From: a virus
IMG/VR virus record: IMGVR_UViG_3300011271_000002
Location: 32,001-96,000 of that record
Length of the DNA stretch: 64,000 nt
Direction: 5' to 3' (one strand)
A program made the translations under genes and the position numbers. Under the pieces are notes generated by a model. The model was not told the DNA's origin, made no database searches, and worked only from the letters and a program-made list of their open reading frames with translations. Shown here piece after piece: positions 63,014 through 64,000 of this stretch (its first letter is position 1; every line of letters begins with the position of its first letter).

Positions 63014-63295
63014 GCCATCAAGGTTAGCATTGTAGTCAGCCCATGACCAGGGACGGCTCGTGCTCGACCTTCTTCGAAGCTACCGCAGAGCAAAGGACAA
63101 TGAGCCGCGCATCGCAATCACTCTGGATGTATGTTTGGATCAAGCAAATGCGCGCGCCCGGTTATCGGCTGCCAACAAATCATGCAGTCGCCGAATACAA
63201 ATTCTGTGCGCACGCAGCGATCTGTGGCCTTGACGGGCATAGCATCTGCCACCAGTATACGGTGAATTAGGACGATTTCGAGCTAGGGAAAATAC

Positions 63296-63931
63296 TCAGA
63301 TTACCCGGAAGCACAGAACCCATACCCAGCAGTTCTTCTCCCAGGGCATCGTCTTGCCGTTGATCTTATCCCAGATGTGCCGATAGCCCGCGCGATAGTT
63401 CGGCGGACCAGTCTCATCATGGCGCGAAAACAGACTCGCACCCTCAGCCTTCGCGTCTTCCTCCGTGATGTCGTGCAGTCGCTCGCCGCGGACTTCGGTA
63501 AGCTCCAGCCGCGTCCTGCAGGCCCAGCGTGGCATGAATATCGAGGGGCAGTAATCCTGTTTTCTTGTGGTGCGCCCAAGCATGGCCGTCTCGTCTTCTT
63601 TGGCGACCATCACGGGCTGATTGTCGGCGGCATAGAGCCACGGATCGCCGTCCGGCCGGATCAGCTTCTCACGCACCCACAAGCGGTCGCCGGTCCAGCC
63701 GTGCGGGCAGAAGAAGGGATTGCTCGAATAGCAGACCCCGTTGGTCTGCCAGTAATAAGCCTGGCTGGCTGCCGGAACATCCGTAGTGTAGGCGGCCACT
63801 TGGGACACCGGACGGCCCTTCGCGTTAGTCTGATCCGGCTGCGGCTTGATGATCCGGCGAGTCTCGGTCTTCAGCCCCTGGAGAATCAAGAGCGAGTTCT
63901 CTGGCGTGAATAATATGGGCGTTTCTTTCAT
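63296..63931 (-). CDS. ASCH/PUA-like phage protein
   Basis: PILF..IL.G.KT.TRR.IKPQP, CP.G..GDRLWVRE, PSIFMPRWA.R..L..T.VR.ERL.DI.EEDA.AEG. Confidence 0.82.
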   Translation of the reverse strand: MKETPILFTPENSLLILQGLKTETRRIIKPQPDQTNAKGRPVSQVAAYTTDVPAASQAYYWQTNGVCYSSNPFFCPHGWTGDRLWVREKLIRPDGDPWLYAADNQPVMVAKEDETAMLGRTTRKQDYCPSIFMPRWACRTRLELTEVRGERLHDITEEDAKAEGASLFSRHDETGPPNYRAGYRHIWDKINGKTMPWEKNCWVWVLCFRVI

Positions 63932-64000
63932 TGGGCGCTTCGCTGATTGCTCAAAACGCAGATGACGATTAACGCTCTGATAATCAGGCTCATATGTCTG

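Noticed and set aside
63043-63270. + ORF 63043-63270, and possible TGA readthrough of a short Cys-rich - strand ORF
   Set aside because: Too short and unsupported. TGA is clearly used as a stop throughout the window (many ATGA overlaps), so there is no evidence of recoding.
1-64000. CRISPR array or other regularly spaced guide-RNA repeat array
   Set aside because: I inspected the intergenic gaps by eye. Only short local repeats were found, with no repeat-spacer periodicity and no Cas-, Nop- or RT-like protein.
1-64000. Integrase, att site, CI repressor, endolysin, capsid/portal/TerL
   Set aside because: No recognisable motifs. They may lie outside the window, so lifestyle cannot be called.

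Overview
About 64 kb of a GC-rich (~57% by eye) long-tailed (siphovirus-type) dsDNA phage or prophage, almost all on the - strand. Two proteins resemble Acidobacteria-type families (a PQQ-like beta-propeller and a MPRKPDW-type DNA-binding protein), which tentatively suggests an Acidobacteria host. In transcription order (right to left) the window holds: an ASCH-like gene, an atypical tRNA-Arg(ACG)-like RNA, holin/membrane genes with two inserted HNH cassettes, a replication initiator with an internal origin (DnaA boxes, IHF-like sites), a radical SAM gene, a ~10 kb operon of nine signal-peptide-bearing fibre/adhesin-like proteins, recombination/modification genes (Rad50-like ATPase, Mom-like, YqaJ + putative annealing protein, HerA-like, RusA-like), two glycosyltransferases and a methyltransferase coupled to the tail module, the tail genes, a packaging HNH, a probable cos site, and the 5' end of a P27-type terminase small subunit that the ORF track missed. 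I recognised no terminase large subunit, portal, capsid, integrase, CI repressor or endolysin. The best candidate for an undescribed system is the secreted fibre operon (40.3-50.5 kb). Next come the HNH cassettes, which share a two-hairpin leader and appear to preserve the loci they interrupt, and the tRNA-like RNA with a ~40-nt extra arm. All family calls are from manual motif recognition, not database searches.
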